A stretch of DNA of 64,000 nucleotides from Eledone cirrhosa. Taxonomy: Eukaryota. Below, piece after piece: positions 29,522 to 42,964 of this stretch (the first letter of the stretch is position 1; every line of letters begins with the position of its first letter). The position numbers were made by a program, and so were the translations under genes. Below the pieces are notes generated by a model that was given only the letters and a program-made list of their open reading frames with translations, did not search any database and was not told the DNA's origin. The stretch spans positions 275,838,001 through 275,902,000 of the forward strand of contig OZ024740.1 of NCBI GenBank assembly GCA_964016885.1, in the 5' to 3' direction.

Positions 29522-29797
29522 ATCATCATCATCGTCATTTCATTTTACGTGCAGCTTTTTCCCTGCTTGCAAGGGTGGGACGGGAACTGATTCTGGCTTG
29601 ATTTCTACAGCTGGATGCCCTTCCTAACACCAACCTCATTTACGGTGAGTGCTGGGTGCTTTTTTTGCCGTGGCACCTCCACGACCACTTTGCAGTGGAA
29701 TGATATGGTAAACTGTCTTGCTCAAGGAAACAACATATCACCCGGTCTGAGAATTGAATTCACAACCTTTTGATTGCAAGGCCAACCACTAAGCCAT
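29522..29797 (-). mobile_element. SINE family B
   Basis: Reverse complement matches 22290-22590. Confidence 0.85.
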
Positions 29798-29801
29798 ACA
29801 C

Positions 29802-29906
<105 letters not shown>

Positions 29907-30221
29907 TTTACACACATATATATATATATATATATACATACATACATATATATACATACATATATTATTGAAAAATGAAAAATCATTTTAATAAAAAATG
30001 CAAAAAGAAAATGTTCCAGATTTAAAGAAGAATGGGCAATAACCATTTTCTGTGAAAGACTTTTCAAGGCAGTTTATTGGCAAGGCTACTTGCATGTTTC
30101 TAGAAACTAGGACTTGAAAAAAGAGCATATTATTTATCTTGCAGATAAGATACCATCTACCTCCACCAATCTTTCTCACAAACATCATAACAAACACATA
30201 TTTTTATATATATATATCGCA

Positions 30222-30302
<81 letters not shown>

Positions 30303-30423
30303 ATATATATATACACACAATTTTATATCTATATATGTACATATTTTTATGGATAGACACATATATATGTTCATACATATGACACATCTATATATTTATA
30401 TACATATATATGTGTATATATAC

Positions 30424-30514
<91 letters not shown>

Positions 30515-30658
30515 GACAAAGCAACAAGGAAAAAATAAAAAAATAGAATTTAAAACGAACAAGCGAAGAGAACATAGGATTCTAACAGAAAAAGAAATTT
30601 GACATTGTTCAACATTAAATGGTGAATTGGAATTAGACAAGCAATAAAACCCAAAACA

Positions 30659-30841
30659 AAATACGTACATATATAAAGACACCTACACATACGTGTAGGT
30701 GTCTTTATATATGTATGTATTTGGCACCATGGTTATGATTTTACCTATCTCTATACCTACTCAACATCTCCCCATACATTGAGTACTCGCATGATTAATG
30801 GCATTCTTGGTCCTAGCACGGCAGACACTCTCTGTCTTTCT

Positions 30842-30848
<7 letters not shown>
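30659..30848 (+). mobile_element. Short fold-back cassette with GAGTACT tail
   Basis: 30-bp arms 30659-30688 and 30693-30722; GAGTACT at 30781-87; ends in (TC)n(TA)n. Confidence 0.6.
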
Positions 30849-30910
<62 letters not shown>

Positions 30911-31034
30911 TGTATATATAATGTATTTTGCAATACACTTTATGCTTAATTAAAAGCATTTTGAAGACCGTATGCTATTGTTTTAGAATAGTGACAAACT
31001 CACTTACTTTAATCTCAGCAAACAAGGGGAGATA

Positions 31035-31079
31035 AGCCGACAAGGCCTTGTTTCGCATTTTTTTATGCTTATCAAAGCT
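31035..31079 (-). ncRNA. Decayed hammerhead ribozyme
   Basis: Minus strand: agct-TTGATAA-gcat aaaaaa atgc-GAAA-caaggccttg-TC-ggct; stem I extends imperfectly across ~31012-31115. Confidence 0.65.
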
Positions 31080-31190
31080 AACTACTCCCTCCTGTCTACT
31101 GAGATCACTGATGTTATATTCTTATAGAATTCTAGTAAATAATCAGGAACTGATTATACAGAGCGGTTGCCGGTCAGGCAGAAATAAAAA

Positions 31191-31247
31191 ATTAGAATTG
31201 GAGCTCTGAAATAGCAATTATTGCTATTTCAGAGCTCCAATTCTAAT
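31191..31247. repeat. Perfect 57-bp palindrome
   Basis: attagaattggagctctgaaatagcaat-t-attgctatttcagagctccaattctaat. Confidence 0.9.
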
Positions 31248-31318
31248 ATATCCTAAACCGACGGTAGTCGGTTTAGTAATATTGTTGTCTTAGTGATTTC
31301 GTTGTATATATATACATA

Positions 31319-31512
31319 TAGAAGTTTTTACACAACAGTTAGTTTACCATACCGAGAACAATTGTTTCACCTTAGCAGATCCTCAGATCGTAATGGACAT
31401 GGTTATAATTGTTCTCGGTATGGTAAAATAACTGTTGTGTAACCACTTCTACCTAACTCGTCCCATGGACTGAGTGCTCTACCACTACGGATATTACCTT
31501 CCAGTGTTCTAC

Positions 31513-31516
<4 letters not shown>
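31319..31516 (+). mobile_element. Fold-back cassette with a hammerhead-like motif in the inverted arm
   Basis: Arms 31319-31363 and 31407-31451; minus strand CTGAGGA-tctgctaaggt-GAAA-caattg-TT (31357-31386); GAGTGCT at 31472-78; (TA)n on both sides. Confidence 0.75.
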
Positions 31517-31602
<86 letters not shown>

Positions 31603-31670
31603 GGAAGCAGAAAATTGCTTTTTGTGATCCAGTTCGTGGTTAAGATATATATATAATTGGTTACAATATA

Positions 31671-31718
31671 CAGGTACTTATGTTTCATTGGCTTATACAC
31701 CCCAACTCCTTCAGCCTG
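31671..31718 (-). ncRNA. Hammerhead-like motif with one extra core nucleotide
   Basis: Minus strand: cagg-CTGAAGGA-gttgg...ccaat-GAAA-cataag-TA-cctg; adjacent inverted repeat 31717-31748 / 31857-31888. Confidence 0.65.
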
Positions 31719-31994
31719 TTATATGAAATAAAAATGACTACCTCCACAACTTATGCCCTTTTACATTATCTAAAAGATTTGTTTATTTATAGCTAAATTC
31801 GAAATTACCTGCTCTTGAAAAAGTCTTGAGTAATTTCTAAAAACCTCAAATCAACCTGTGGAAGTAGTCATTTTTATTTCATATGACATATTTTACTACA
31901 TACACGCACATATATACATATATATTTTCTATTGTTTATTTCCATCGTCTTTGTCCTGTGTGCTCCCCTGTTTGGAATATATATATATATAATA

Positions 31995-32320
31995 ATAATA
32001 ATACAAGGACGATTTGTTATGCCTTCATTACGTTTATTGATTTGTGACACGCGTTTCGCTATTGATCAGCTCAAGGTTCGATTTGTATTTTTTTCGCCCA
32101 ACTCTGGAATCAAAAGCTCATTGGATAAAGATCAAACCTAGAGCTGATCAACTAGCAAAATGTGCGTGCCCAATCAGTAAACGTAATGAAGTCTTAACAA
32201 ATCGTCCTTGTATTATTATATTACACTCTGTTTAGCTCTACACCTCGCCACTGACGTGAACCTAAACATTGAGTGCTCACCTGGGTGTACCTACAGTAAC
32301 TTCACATTACACTCCCTGGA
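31995..32320 (+). mobile_element. Fold-back cassette, family 2 (long stem II hammerhead, decayed)
   Basis: Arms ~31995-32092 and ~32130-32218; GAAACGCG on the minus arm; GAGTGCT at 32271-77; homologous to 48690-48830 and 59572-59783. Confidence 0.75.
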
Positions 32321-32338
32321 TATATATATATATATCTA

Positions 32339-32381
<43 letters not shown>

Positions 32382-32472
32382 ACACCTACACATACCCCAT
32401 ATTCACATTCAGAAGAAATATAAATCAATATAGAATAATGCAAAGGACTTCCAAGAGTACACATAATATAAA

Positions 32473-33384
32473 CTAGCTGACGTACCCAACTTCGCCCGGG
32501 TAAACAGATGATAAGAGAAGACAGGTAAAAGAGAAAATGACTGTATTGGATGTTTCTCTGGTTACAGTATGAAGTGAGTCCGTGGTGTCTGTGTGATACA
32601 AAAAACAGTAAAAAAATCTTCCAGATATACCAGATTCTACGTTGTACCGTTTGTGCATAGTATATGAACAATTCTAGGTGCTCCCACCTAGAATAGTGAC
32701 CTCTAGGAGATGGTTCATCTTCTGCCTGACTGTAAAACGTGTATCATTGCATAGACGTGGTTGTTCCATGTTTCTCAAAAGGATGATGGAAGTTCCAATC
32801 TTTTATATTATATGTAGATATAGATATAGATAATTAATATAAAAGATGTCCTTCAATGTAAAAAAAGGTCCCTATTTACTCCCTTCACAACTCTGTTTAT
32901 GGTAGACTAACAGACAGATAAACTGCGTGGCGATTGTGGGATGCCGCACGTACACACACATACACGCATGGAAACGTGCACACGCACGCAAACTTACACA
33001 CGCACCCGTGCACTTACACACACGCACACACTCACACATATTGATAGTTTTACTTTCTGTGGAACGCTGCACGCACGCACACACACATAAACATACGCGC
33101 ACGTACATTCACACGCACACATGCTAATAGTTATTGCTTTCCTCCCCCTCTTATTTCCACACACATCACACACACACGTCTCTACAGTGACACATATACA
33201 TAGTGTATCCAAACACAGCGTTCACTTTGCCTCTCTCTCCCCTCTCACTCCCTCATTGGCATTATGCATATTAATTTAAGTTTGGTGTCATTGAGGTGGG
33301 CGGAGTCGTTTGAAAACTATGAACCAATGATAATCAAGAATTATGACACACGGAATAATGACATTGTTGAAATTAATATATAGA
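32473..33384 (-). mobile_element. Non-autonomous Helitron-like element
   Basis: Minus strand begins TCTATATATTAAT and ends acccgggcgaagttgggt (hairpin)...CTAG, between A and T; internal (CA)-rich tract. Confidence 0.65.
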
Positions 33385-33462
33385 TGTGTGTTACCCAATT
33401 CGTAGTACAAGAACAAAAGATTGAAGTCTGCTTCAGGCCCAGAAGCTCATGCTGGAGCTTAA

Positions 33463-33688
33463 CCCTTTAGTATTTAAACCAGCCATATCTGGCCAGAATT
33501 ATCTTACTTCTTTTTGTTCAAACCAGCTCTAACTGGCTGCTCATGTTGATGTTAAATTATTGTTCTCAAAATAAATGCTAACAAATCTCAGATTCGATTT
33601 TAAGTGACATAATTATATCAGGTAAAACCTTTACCATGAAAATATAATAGTAAATTAGTAAATATAGAGTGATGTAAATGCTAAAGGG
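33463..33688. mobile_element. piggyBac-type MITE
   Basis: TTAA-CCCTTTAGTATTTA ... TAAATGCTAAAGGG-TTAA; a second, truncated copy starts at 40432. Confidence 0.8.
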
Positions 33689-33719
33689 TTAACCTAGTTT
33701 CATTATTATTTTATTTAAT

Positions 33720-34120
33720 GCCGGTGGATTGGCAGTATCGGTAGAGGGTCGGACGCCATGCTTTGACGCATAGAGTTACGGCCCTTGCCATTCTGAGTTC
33801 AAATCCCGCCGAGGTTAATTTTGTCTTTCATCCTTATGGAGTCGATAAAATAAAGTACCAGCAATGCACTGGATAATTGCTGGCCTTGTGCGAAAAGTAG
33901 AAACAATTGTTATTTAATTTAATATTTAAGGGCAGTGGATTGCCAGTACTGGTAGAGGCTTGGACACCATGCTTTGTAGCATAGAGTTACGGCCCTTTAT
34001 GGTTTGAGTTCAAATCCCGCCAAACTTAACTTTATCTTTTATCCTTATAGGGTCGATAAAATAAAGCACCAGTAATGTACAGGGATAATTGCTGGTCTTG
34101 TGGCAAAAGTAGAAACAATA
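33720..34120 (+). mobile_element. Two tandem SINE family A copies
   Basis: 33720-33908 and 33930-34120. Confidence 0.85.
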
Positions 34121-34853
34121 AAAACTGAGCTACTGCTAATACTATTTTTCAACTGAGTTGACTGGAGTAAAGTGAAATAAAGTATTTTGCTCAAGAACAC
34201 AACTTTCCACCTCATTGACGAACAAAACCCACGACATTAAAATCATAAGTCCAACACGCCAACACGCTAATATATATCATCATCAACATAATTTAATATC
34301 CATTTTCTCTGCTTGCAAGAGTTGGACATCATATAGTTACAGAGTAGTCAGTACTCAAGCAGAGCCTCATGTCTCCAGGCGGGCCAAGTGTCCAACATAC
34401 TATCCTGTTCTCTACCAAATGAATTTTATCATGTTGGCAACTCTAAAGAGGTTGTCGTGTATTTGGCATAGCTGAACAGTGTTTGAGTCCCTTTCTTTGT
34501 TTGGTAGGTTGACTATGGCTGGATGTCCTCCCTATGACCAATCACTTGACAGAATGTACTGTTTGACGGTTTATTTATCATGTAGATTACCATTATTAGG
34601 GAGGTTGTGATGTCCATGACGTATCTGAAGAGTCCTTCAAATCTTTAGTTTGGCAAGTTTTCAGTGCCTGGATACCTTTCCCCCTCATCAATCAGCTTAC
34701 AGAGTGTATTGGATGCATTTTATAGTGGCATCAGCACTAAGTAGGTTGTCAGAGTTGGTGTTGAACATCGTTAAACTAATATATTTCTTTATTGTACTCT
34801 GTCGTTTGCTTTGTTATTTCTGTTTACTTTTTGCATACATACACACACAGACA

Positions 34854-34955
<102 letters not shown>

Positions 34956-34981
34956 TATAAATATACGTATGTATATGTATA

Positions 34982-35124
<143 letters not shown>

Positions 35125-35141
35125 TAGTTTTAATATAGAAG

Positions 35142-35192
35142 AGCTTCTACAGCACTAGAACTGTTTCATTCGCGAGAAATCATCAGGAAGCT
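35142..35192 (-). ncRNA. Type I hammerhead ribozyme
   Basis: Minus strand: agcttc-CTGATGA-tttc tcgc gaat-GAAA-cag ttctagtg ctg-TA-gaagct. Confidence 0.85.
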
Positions 35193-35225
35193 GGCTGTCC
35201 AAATAAGTGGTAGTATTTATACAAA

Positions 35226-35299
35226 TTGCTGACTGAGGATCCTGTGGGTTGTTATACTGCACATATCGGTGGTGAAACGAACGAGATTCGTATCAGCAA
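35226..35299 (+). ncRNA. Type I hammerhead ribozyme
   Basis: ttgctga-CTGAGGA-tcc...ggt-GAAA-cgaa cgaga ttcg-TA-tcagcaa. Confidence 0.85.
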
Positions 35300-35492
35300 A
35301 CTTATAGTTATAAGGTTGGTAATTTAAAACTCTAATTCAGAGAATTGATTCTGACTTAGTTTTTTTCTATTTAATTGCTAAACCTGTAGATATTGTTCTC
35401 TATACAGTAACGGTAAAACCCACATGTAATAATTCTTTACCACACATCTCACTGTGTAACACACTTCTCTTTGTGTAATATATTTGTATATA

Positions 35493-35581
<89 letters not shown>

Positions 35582-35974
35582 ATTTAAGTTAAAAATGTAC
35601 ATCTACATATGCATACTGAAATACTAGTGTGTATATGAATACACACACGTATACATATGTAGGTGTACCAAGTCTTTCACTGGTCGCTTTACAGTGAGCG
35701 ACCCAGCTATTCTGTATGTAAACACACAGACAAACCGGTTTTTAGAGTCATACTGGTTTTGGGGGGAACACCTTCCCCCTATTCTCCAGAAAGCCAGACA
35801 AGGAATATTGAACTAGTTTCGTTGTTGTTACAACTCATCAGCAATATTTACCTATCTACAGGCCTTTCTGGAGAATTGTAAAAGCACATATCGTTATATG
35901 CTTTTTCTATGAAAATTAGTAGTGGGCAGACTAATTTGCATAGAGTGTGAGTACGCACCGGTTCAGCGGAGACG

Positions 35975-36027
35975 ATAAAAACAAATAACGAAACGAAATT
36001 TAATTTCGTTTCGTTATTTGTTTTTAT
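35975..36027. repeat. Perfect 53-bp palindrome abutting (TA)n
   Basis: ataaaaacaaataacgaaacgaaatt-t-aatttcgtttcgttatttgtttttat. Confidence 0.9.
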
Positions 36028-36064
36028 ATATATATATATATACATATATATATACACATACATG

Positions 36065-36098
<34 letters not shown>

Positions 36099-36254
36099 GT
36101 ATGTAGGCATATATGTATATATGTATATATATATATATCATATATATCATATATGTATATATATTTATATATATATATATATATACATTCATACACACAC
36201 ACACACATATACATATATATATATATATATATACATTCATACACACACACACAC

Positions 36255-36300
<46 letters not shown>

Positions 36301-36304
36301 ATGA

Positions 36305-36379
<75 letters not shown>

Positions 36380-36455
36380 TGATATATATATATACATATA
36401 TACATATATGCCTACATACATAATATATATATATATATATATATATATAAGCATG

Positions 36456-36507
<52 letters not shown>

Positions 36508-36758
36508 CATGCTGATGTACATTTAAGTAATGAGAGCTCACATAAAAGTGTTAATGGTGACTTGGGCTCGTTCTTTCATAATATGAAAGCTCCCTAAACA
36601 TAGAATCAATGGCAAGAAGCAGGGTGTGGGAGTTATGAGAAGTAAGTTACAATACTTTCATTCATAATAGAGAAAACAACAACAAATTCCTGTCCAAAAA
36701 ATCTTCAATGCCAACATCTACCCACCCAAAATTTTTTGATGGTTGTTGTAGTGATCTT

Positions 36759-36851
<93 letters not shown>

Positions 36852-36898
36852 TACAGATATATATATATATGTGTGTGTACATGTATATATATATGTAC

Positions 36899-36945
<47 letters not shown>

Positions 36946-36946
36946 C

Positions 36947-37015
<69 letters not shown>

Positions 37016-37080
37016 TATATATATATATATATATATTTATATACATATATATATATATATTTATATACATATATATATAC

Positions 37081-37153
<73 letters not shown>

Positions 37154-37310
37154 TATATGCATACATATATATGTATATATATACACACACATATATATAC
37201 AAATATATATAAGCATACATACACTTATATATACAAATATATATAAGCATACATACTCTTATATATACATATGTAGGTATATGCGCACACACAAAGTACA
37301 CATACATGCA
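36028..37310. repeat. (TA)n microsatellite complexes
   Basis: Direct reading; interrupted by unique sequence at 36506-36762. Confidence 0.9.
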
Positions 37311-38357
37311 CTCACATGTTCATACACATAAAATCGTTTTATGTAAAATATACAAAAACAACGAAAGAAGGCCTCATGAAACATAAAATCCTCAAAGGTA
37401 AAACAAAAATGAGCTCCCCACTCTCCCTAAAAGGAGGAAGAAAAGGTTATTAACTCCCTAGAGTTCAGACATTTAAGACCCTTATGTTGATCAAGATGTC
37501 AACCCAAAGTAATTAATTGAAGTTTATAATGAACCACCAAGTAAATAAAAAAAAGTGGCTTAGATTGTGTGTTTACATGTATCTATATATGTATGTAAAT
37601 ATATATGGGTGTGTTTGTATGTATATGTATCTATATGGGTGTGTGTGTGTGTTAAGATCTATCTGTACGGGTGTATATGTCTGTGTGTAGATCTATCTAT
37701 ATGGGTGTGTTTGTGTGTGTGGATATGCATCTATATTGGTGTGTTTGTGTGTATATATGTATCTATATGGATGTGTGTGGCTAGTATCTATATGGGTGTG
37801 TTTGTGTGTGTGTATATGTATGTATATGTGTGTGTATATGTATCTATATGGGTGAGTTTCTGTGTGTGTATATGTATGTATATGTAAACGTCTGTTAATG
37901 TTTATAAATGTGTGTGGTTATGTGAATGATTATGTATATGTGTCTATGAATTAATATGCATGCATTTTATTTTTTGTTTAGGTTCCTGTATGTATGTTTT
38001 TAGATATTAGCATATTCATGCATGTGCATACGTGTGCATTTATCTTTGTATGTGTGCACTTGTATATATTTATATACATATACATTTGTGTGTGTGTGTA
38101 CATATCCACATGCACATTTATATGTATATATGTGAGTAATTATGAGTTTGTGAGTGTTAGGGAGTGTACCATTGTCAAAATCATATTATTTATTTATTTT
38201 TTACTTGATTTTTATTGATAACTTGCCAAAACTGTACTGAACCTATTCCCCCTCCAACCCAACACCATCCCTTACCATTGAAATAATGGGTAAAATAAAC
38301 AAATATAAGTATATATATATATATATGTATATATTTATATATGTATGTCTAAATATA

Positions 38358-38423
<66 letters not shown>

Positions 38424-39269
38424 TAGATATACATATATAATTTTGTAAATAATTGAATAAAAACTACCTCAGCAAACAATAATTATCAAAAATAACGAAC
38501 AAAATTTCCAATAAACACATACACAGACATACAAACATACAAAAACACAAAATTCAGCAAACATAAATAAATAAATAAAATAAATAAATAAATAAATTCA
38601 AGTTGAAAATTTATGGATATTAAAAATTAATTAATTTAAGTATTATTATCATTATCATTATTATTATTATTAATATTATGTTGTTGTTATTTTTATTTCC
38701 CCCTGTATATATATGTTTATATACTATTTTAATGGCTTATGAAAAGTAATAAATTTGTTAAGTTTAAAATGTTATTTGGCTTTTAACATGAAATGTTAAA
38801 TGCTTGTTTAAGTGAAAGAAATTTATAAATTAAGTGAATAATAATTTAATAAAAGCAATAAATAGATAAAAATAAGGTTCTTTTGTAGTCCATATTTTTT
38901 ATGATTTTTTTCAAGAATTCAGGAATTTTATACTTCTTTTTCACATAATTCTAGCATTTTATATTTCTTTCCCATGTGTCTCATACATGGATGTAGCATG
39001 ATCTTTGAAAGTTTGAATGCTTATATATATATATCAAATTAAAAAACGGAGTTAAAGGCTCACATTCATCCCTTATAATTTAATGAGCTCAAGGAATAGG
39101 TACCAGGCCCTTTATAAGACAGTATATAGATAAAAATACACAAAGAGGCATGTGTGCAATTATAGGGGATATAATACCACCAGAGTAAAATTGACTTCTG
39201 CAGGATTAGAATTGAAAACACTAAGAGCCAGAATGAATTCCAGAAGTTACTTTGTCCAACACTCTAACG

Positions 39270-39427
39270 CAGTGTTTCTCAACTAAGGTTCCCCAGAACT
39301 CTAGGGTTCTGCAACTGGTTGCTAGGAGCTCTGCAAGAAAAAGAAAAATATTTTTAATGTAGTGATTCCCTGAAACATGAAAACTATTTCAAGGTTTCTA
39401 CAAGGGTAGAAAGGTTGAGAAACACTG
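39270..39427. mobile_element. hAT-type MITE
   Basis: TIRs cagtgtttctcaac / gttgagaaacactg; 8-bp TSD ctctaacg / ctctaatg. Confidence 0.85.
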
Positions 39428-40431
39428 CTCTAATGCATATACCCATTCTCTACCATTGCCAATTTGCCACTTTATATAATGTTATAGTAAGTCTTTCTTC
39501 TCTTCACTATCATTAGTCATAACCTCTACTCCTCTATCTTTTCTTAACATGTCATTCTAACCTCCAATAAATGACTTGTTTCTATCTCTTTAATCAGGTC
39601 TATTTGGTTGTTTGCTGAATTGTTTGATTACATTCATTTCTCCTGAACTTCTGCAGCCAGATAATCATAAATTTATTTCAAATTAATGATTATTAAACAA
39701 AATTAAAGCAATTGGTTTTGCTTGTGTGCTTTGATTTTATCAAATTTATTGTATTTGATTGATTATAAAATGCATGAGCTTATAAGATGCCCCTCAATTT
39801 GAGCAAGCATTAAAAAATAAATGGATTTAAACTTCAAATGTCAAGTGGGAGGTATAAAGTTTGTACATGGTATTTTTAATATCATTCTACATAGTAATTT
39901 TAGTTGTAATATTTTAGTACATTTTAAACCATAAGGAAGTGGTAAAATAAATTTACTTTAATCTCTACATCATATTTTTTTTAATATTTAGTACATTTTT
40001 AAAACAAGATAAAGTAAAAATAAATTTCATTTATTCATTATAAAATGTATTATTTTTTAGAAAAGAGTTGCCATTGTTGATGTAGAAGCAACTATTGCCA
40101 CCTAGTTTTCATTTGTGGAGATGTCTGGAGTTTAATTTAAGGGTCACTGTAGTACTAGAACTCCAGTAGCCAGTAACCCAAACTGACCCTTGACTTTATA
40201 ATATGTAGGGTCATTTTCTTGGACATTTAAAAACAAAAAAAAAGATGTGTTGCATAAGCTGTCAAATATGGCATTTTAATAATTTAAGTAATAAAATGGA
40301 TGATGCATAGGTGAGTTAGAAAATATATCTTGTTGCATTTGTTGAGGTCAATGAATCAAGTACCAGTCTATGGTAATATATTGATCAAATGCTAGAGTGC
40401 TGGAAATGGCTTGATTGTGTACTAACATTAA

Positions 40432-40620
40432 CCCTTTAGCATTTAAACCAGCTGTATCCAGCCAGAATTCTCTCACCTCTTTCAGTTCAAACTGGCTGTA
40501 ACTGGCTGCTCATACAGATATTAAAATATTGTTCTCAAAATAAATAGTATCAAAATCTCATAGATTTGATATTATGTGAGATAATTATGTGAGGTAAAGC
40601 CTTTACTGTGAAAATATAAT
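40432..40620. mobile_element. piggyBac-type MITE, right end lost
   Basis: Homologous to 33463-33650; runs into SINE and RTE sequence. Confidence 0.75.
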
Positions 40621-40666
40621 TGTTTCTACTTTTGACACAAGACAGCAATTACCCAGTGTATTACTG

Positions 40667-41900
40667 ATCATCATCATCATCATCATCAACATTTAACGTC
40701 CGTGTTCCACGCTTGCATGGGTTTGGACGGGGGTTTTCCCAGTTGAGGCAAGAGTGGTTGTCTTGCTCGCATAGGACTGTCTGGCGGGTTTTCTACAGCT
40801 AGATGCCCTTCCTAACACCAACCACATTTACAGTGTGGGGCTGGGAGGTTTTTACCGTGTTACCTACACGGCCACATTACAGCGTGGACTCTGTGTTTTT
40901 TTGTCGTGACACCTACACGATCTCATTTGTTTCGGCCTCTGGATGTTGTGGCACCAACATAACTTTACATTGAAGGGGCGGTGTGGATGGGGCGGGGGTG
41001 GTGGGACGGGGGTGTATTTTGTTAGAGATGCCTACTGACTGTAGTAGGTTTTACTTTGTATTTAGGTAAGGCGGGCCTTCTCTATTACTGAGTACCGCCA
41101 AAGGTCTCGGTCCAGTGACATTGTCTTGGAGAGGTGTAAATGTGTGAGGTCAGAATTTATCAGCTCGTCCCAGGTTTTTCTGGGTCTGCCTACTCCATAG
41201 CTACCATCTATCTTTATTGCCCTGCACTTTGTTATACAGCTGTCGTCTTTCATGTGCATCATGTGACCATACCAACGTAGCCTTCTCTCGAGTAAACAAC
41301 ATCTGATCCCTCTTATTTCTAATTTTTTCCTTAGTTCGCTTATGCTTTGCCGTTCACGTATGTTACTATTACACATCCAGCGGAGCATGCAAGCTTCGTT
41401 CCTCTCTAGTCTGCATATATCCTCTGCACACAATGCCCAGGTCTCACTGCCATGCAACATTGCTGTTCGTAAGCAGGCATCATACAACCTGCCTTTCATT
41501 CTTAGGGAGAACCCTTTAGCGGCTAATAGTGGTATAAGCTCTCTGAACTTTTTCCATCCAGTTCTGACTCTAGCTACTGTACTTTCAGAGCACCCTCCCC
41601 CACTGCTGATTTTGTCGCCCAGGTAACGGAAGCTGTCCACTATTTCTATAGAACCCTCTGCGCAATTGAAAGAGATAGTATTTTGTGGGCACTTGCTGCT
41701 ACTTATTGCACCAGAGCACCGGCCACATGTAAAATCTATGTTCTTAGTTAGCTTACCTGTGATCCCACTACATCTTTTATGCACCCATACTTTGCATTTG
41801 GGACATAAAATAGAGTTTCTACCTACGCCTTTCCTACACACTGAGCATGGCCATTTCCCAGAAGGGACCGGCGCCTTATTTTCTTTCCTACAAACTAGAA
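40667..41900 (-). mobile_element. RTE-clade LINE 3' fragment with PHD-like zinc finger, inserted into a SINE
   Basis: ORF 41062-41919 with C4HC3-like finger, then FRYLG, HGSETW, RLRWYGH; (GAT)n tail; SINE A pieces at 40620-40667 and 41902-41992. Confidence 0.9.
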
Positions 41901-42242
41901 CTGTAAGGATGAAAGGCAAAGTTAACCTTGGTGGGATTTGAACTCAGACCATAAAGTGCCATAACTCTTTGCTGCAAAGCATGGCGTCCGAAGATAATAA
42001 GTTGTAATGTGAGGGCTGCTATATTCTTTAGCTGATTAACAGGCCATATAGTTCAGTGGTCCCTAGCAGTGTGTGTGGGGGGGAGGGGGGTGACCATTTG
42101 ATACTAGGCTGCACATAAAGAACAAAAACATTTTTCTCCATTTTATGGAATATTGTGGTCTACCTCATATTGAGTTGAGTCTGCATTATATTGAATTGAG
42201 TCACATTTACAGTATAAATGACATAATTAAATTAATAATTAT

Positions 42243-42420
42243 GTCTACGCTTGGCACAAGGCCAGCAATTATCCCAGTGCATTACTGATGCTTTATTTTG
42301 TTTGATCCCGTAAGGATGAAAGGCAAAGCTAGCCTTGGCGGAATTTGAACTGAGAGCATAAAGGAGCGTAACTCTATGCTGCTAAGCATGGCATCTGTCC
42401 CTATACTGATACTGCCAACC
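42243..42420 (-). mobile_element. SINE family A
   Basis: Sequence match to other copies. Confidence 0.8.
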
Positions 42421-42915
42421 AAAATCATATGCACTTTATTGTTTATCGTTTTGTTATGCCTGTGACCGACACCGAATTCCACACTGTGGAGAAATTGTCT
42501 TGCATGACACAAGTCGATGGTGTAAAAAGGCTGGGGAGTGCTGTTATAGAACATCCTTCATTGACTTGTAGGTGGAGATGGATGTGGATTGGTGTGTTCT
42601 GATGGTGATGATTAAATAAATAAATACACAAATGAATAATTAAATCCCCAAAACAAGATATAAATCATAGTCAATTAATATTATTATTGTCATTATTACT
42701 AATAGTAGTAGTATCATCACTGGCTGATCATCTTGATATTTATATTTGTTTAAGTTTAAGTTTTACTTTTCAGAAACTAATTGCTTTTGTTATTTATCTA
42801 TTCTATATTCAAATTCAGTTGTTGTTTGTTGGTTTTACAAGTTGGCCAAAAGTTTTGAATTATTTTTTTTCAATATATATATATATATATATGCATATGT
42901 GTGCATGTATATATG

Positions 42916-42964
<49 letters not shown>

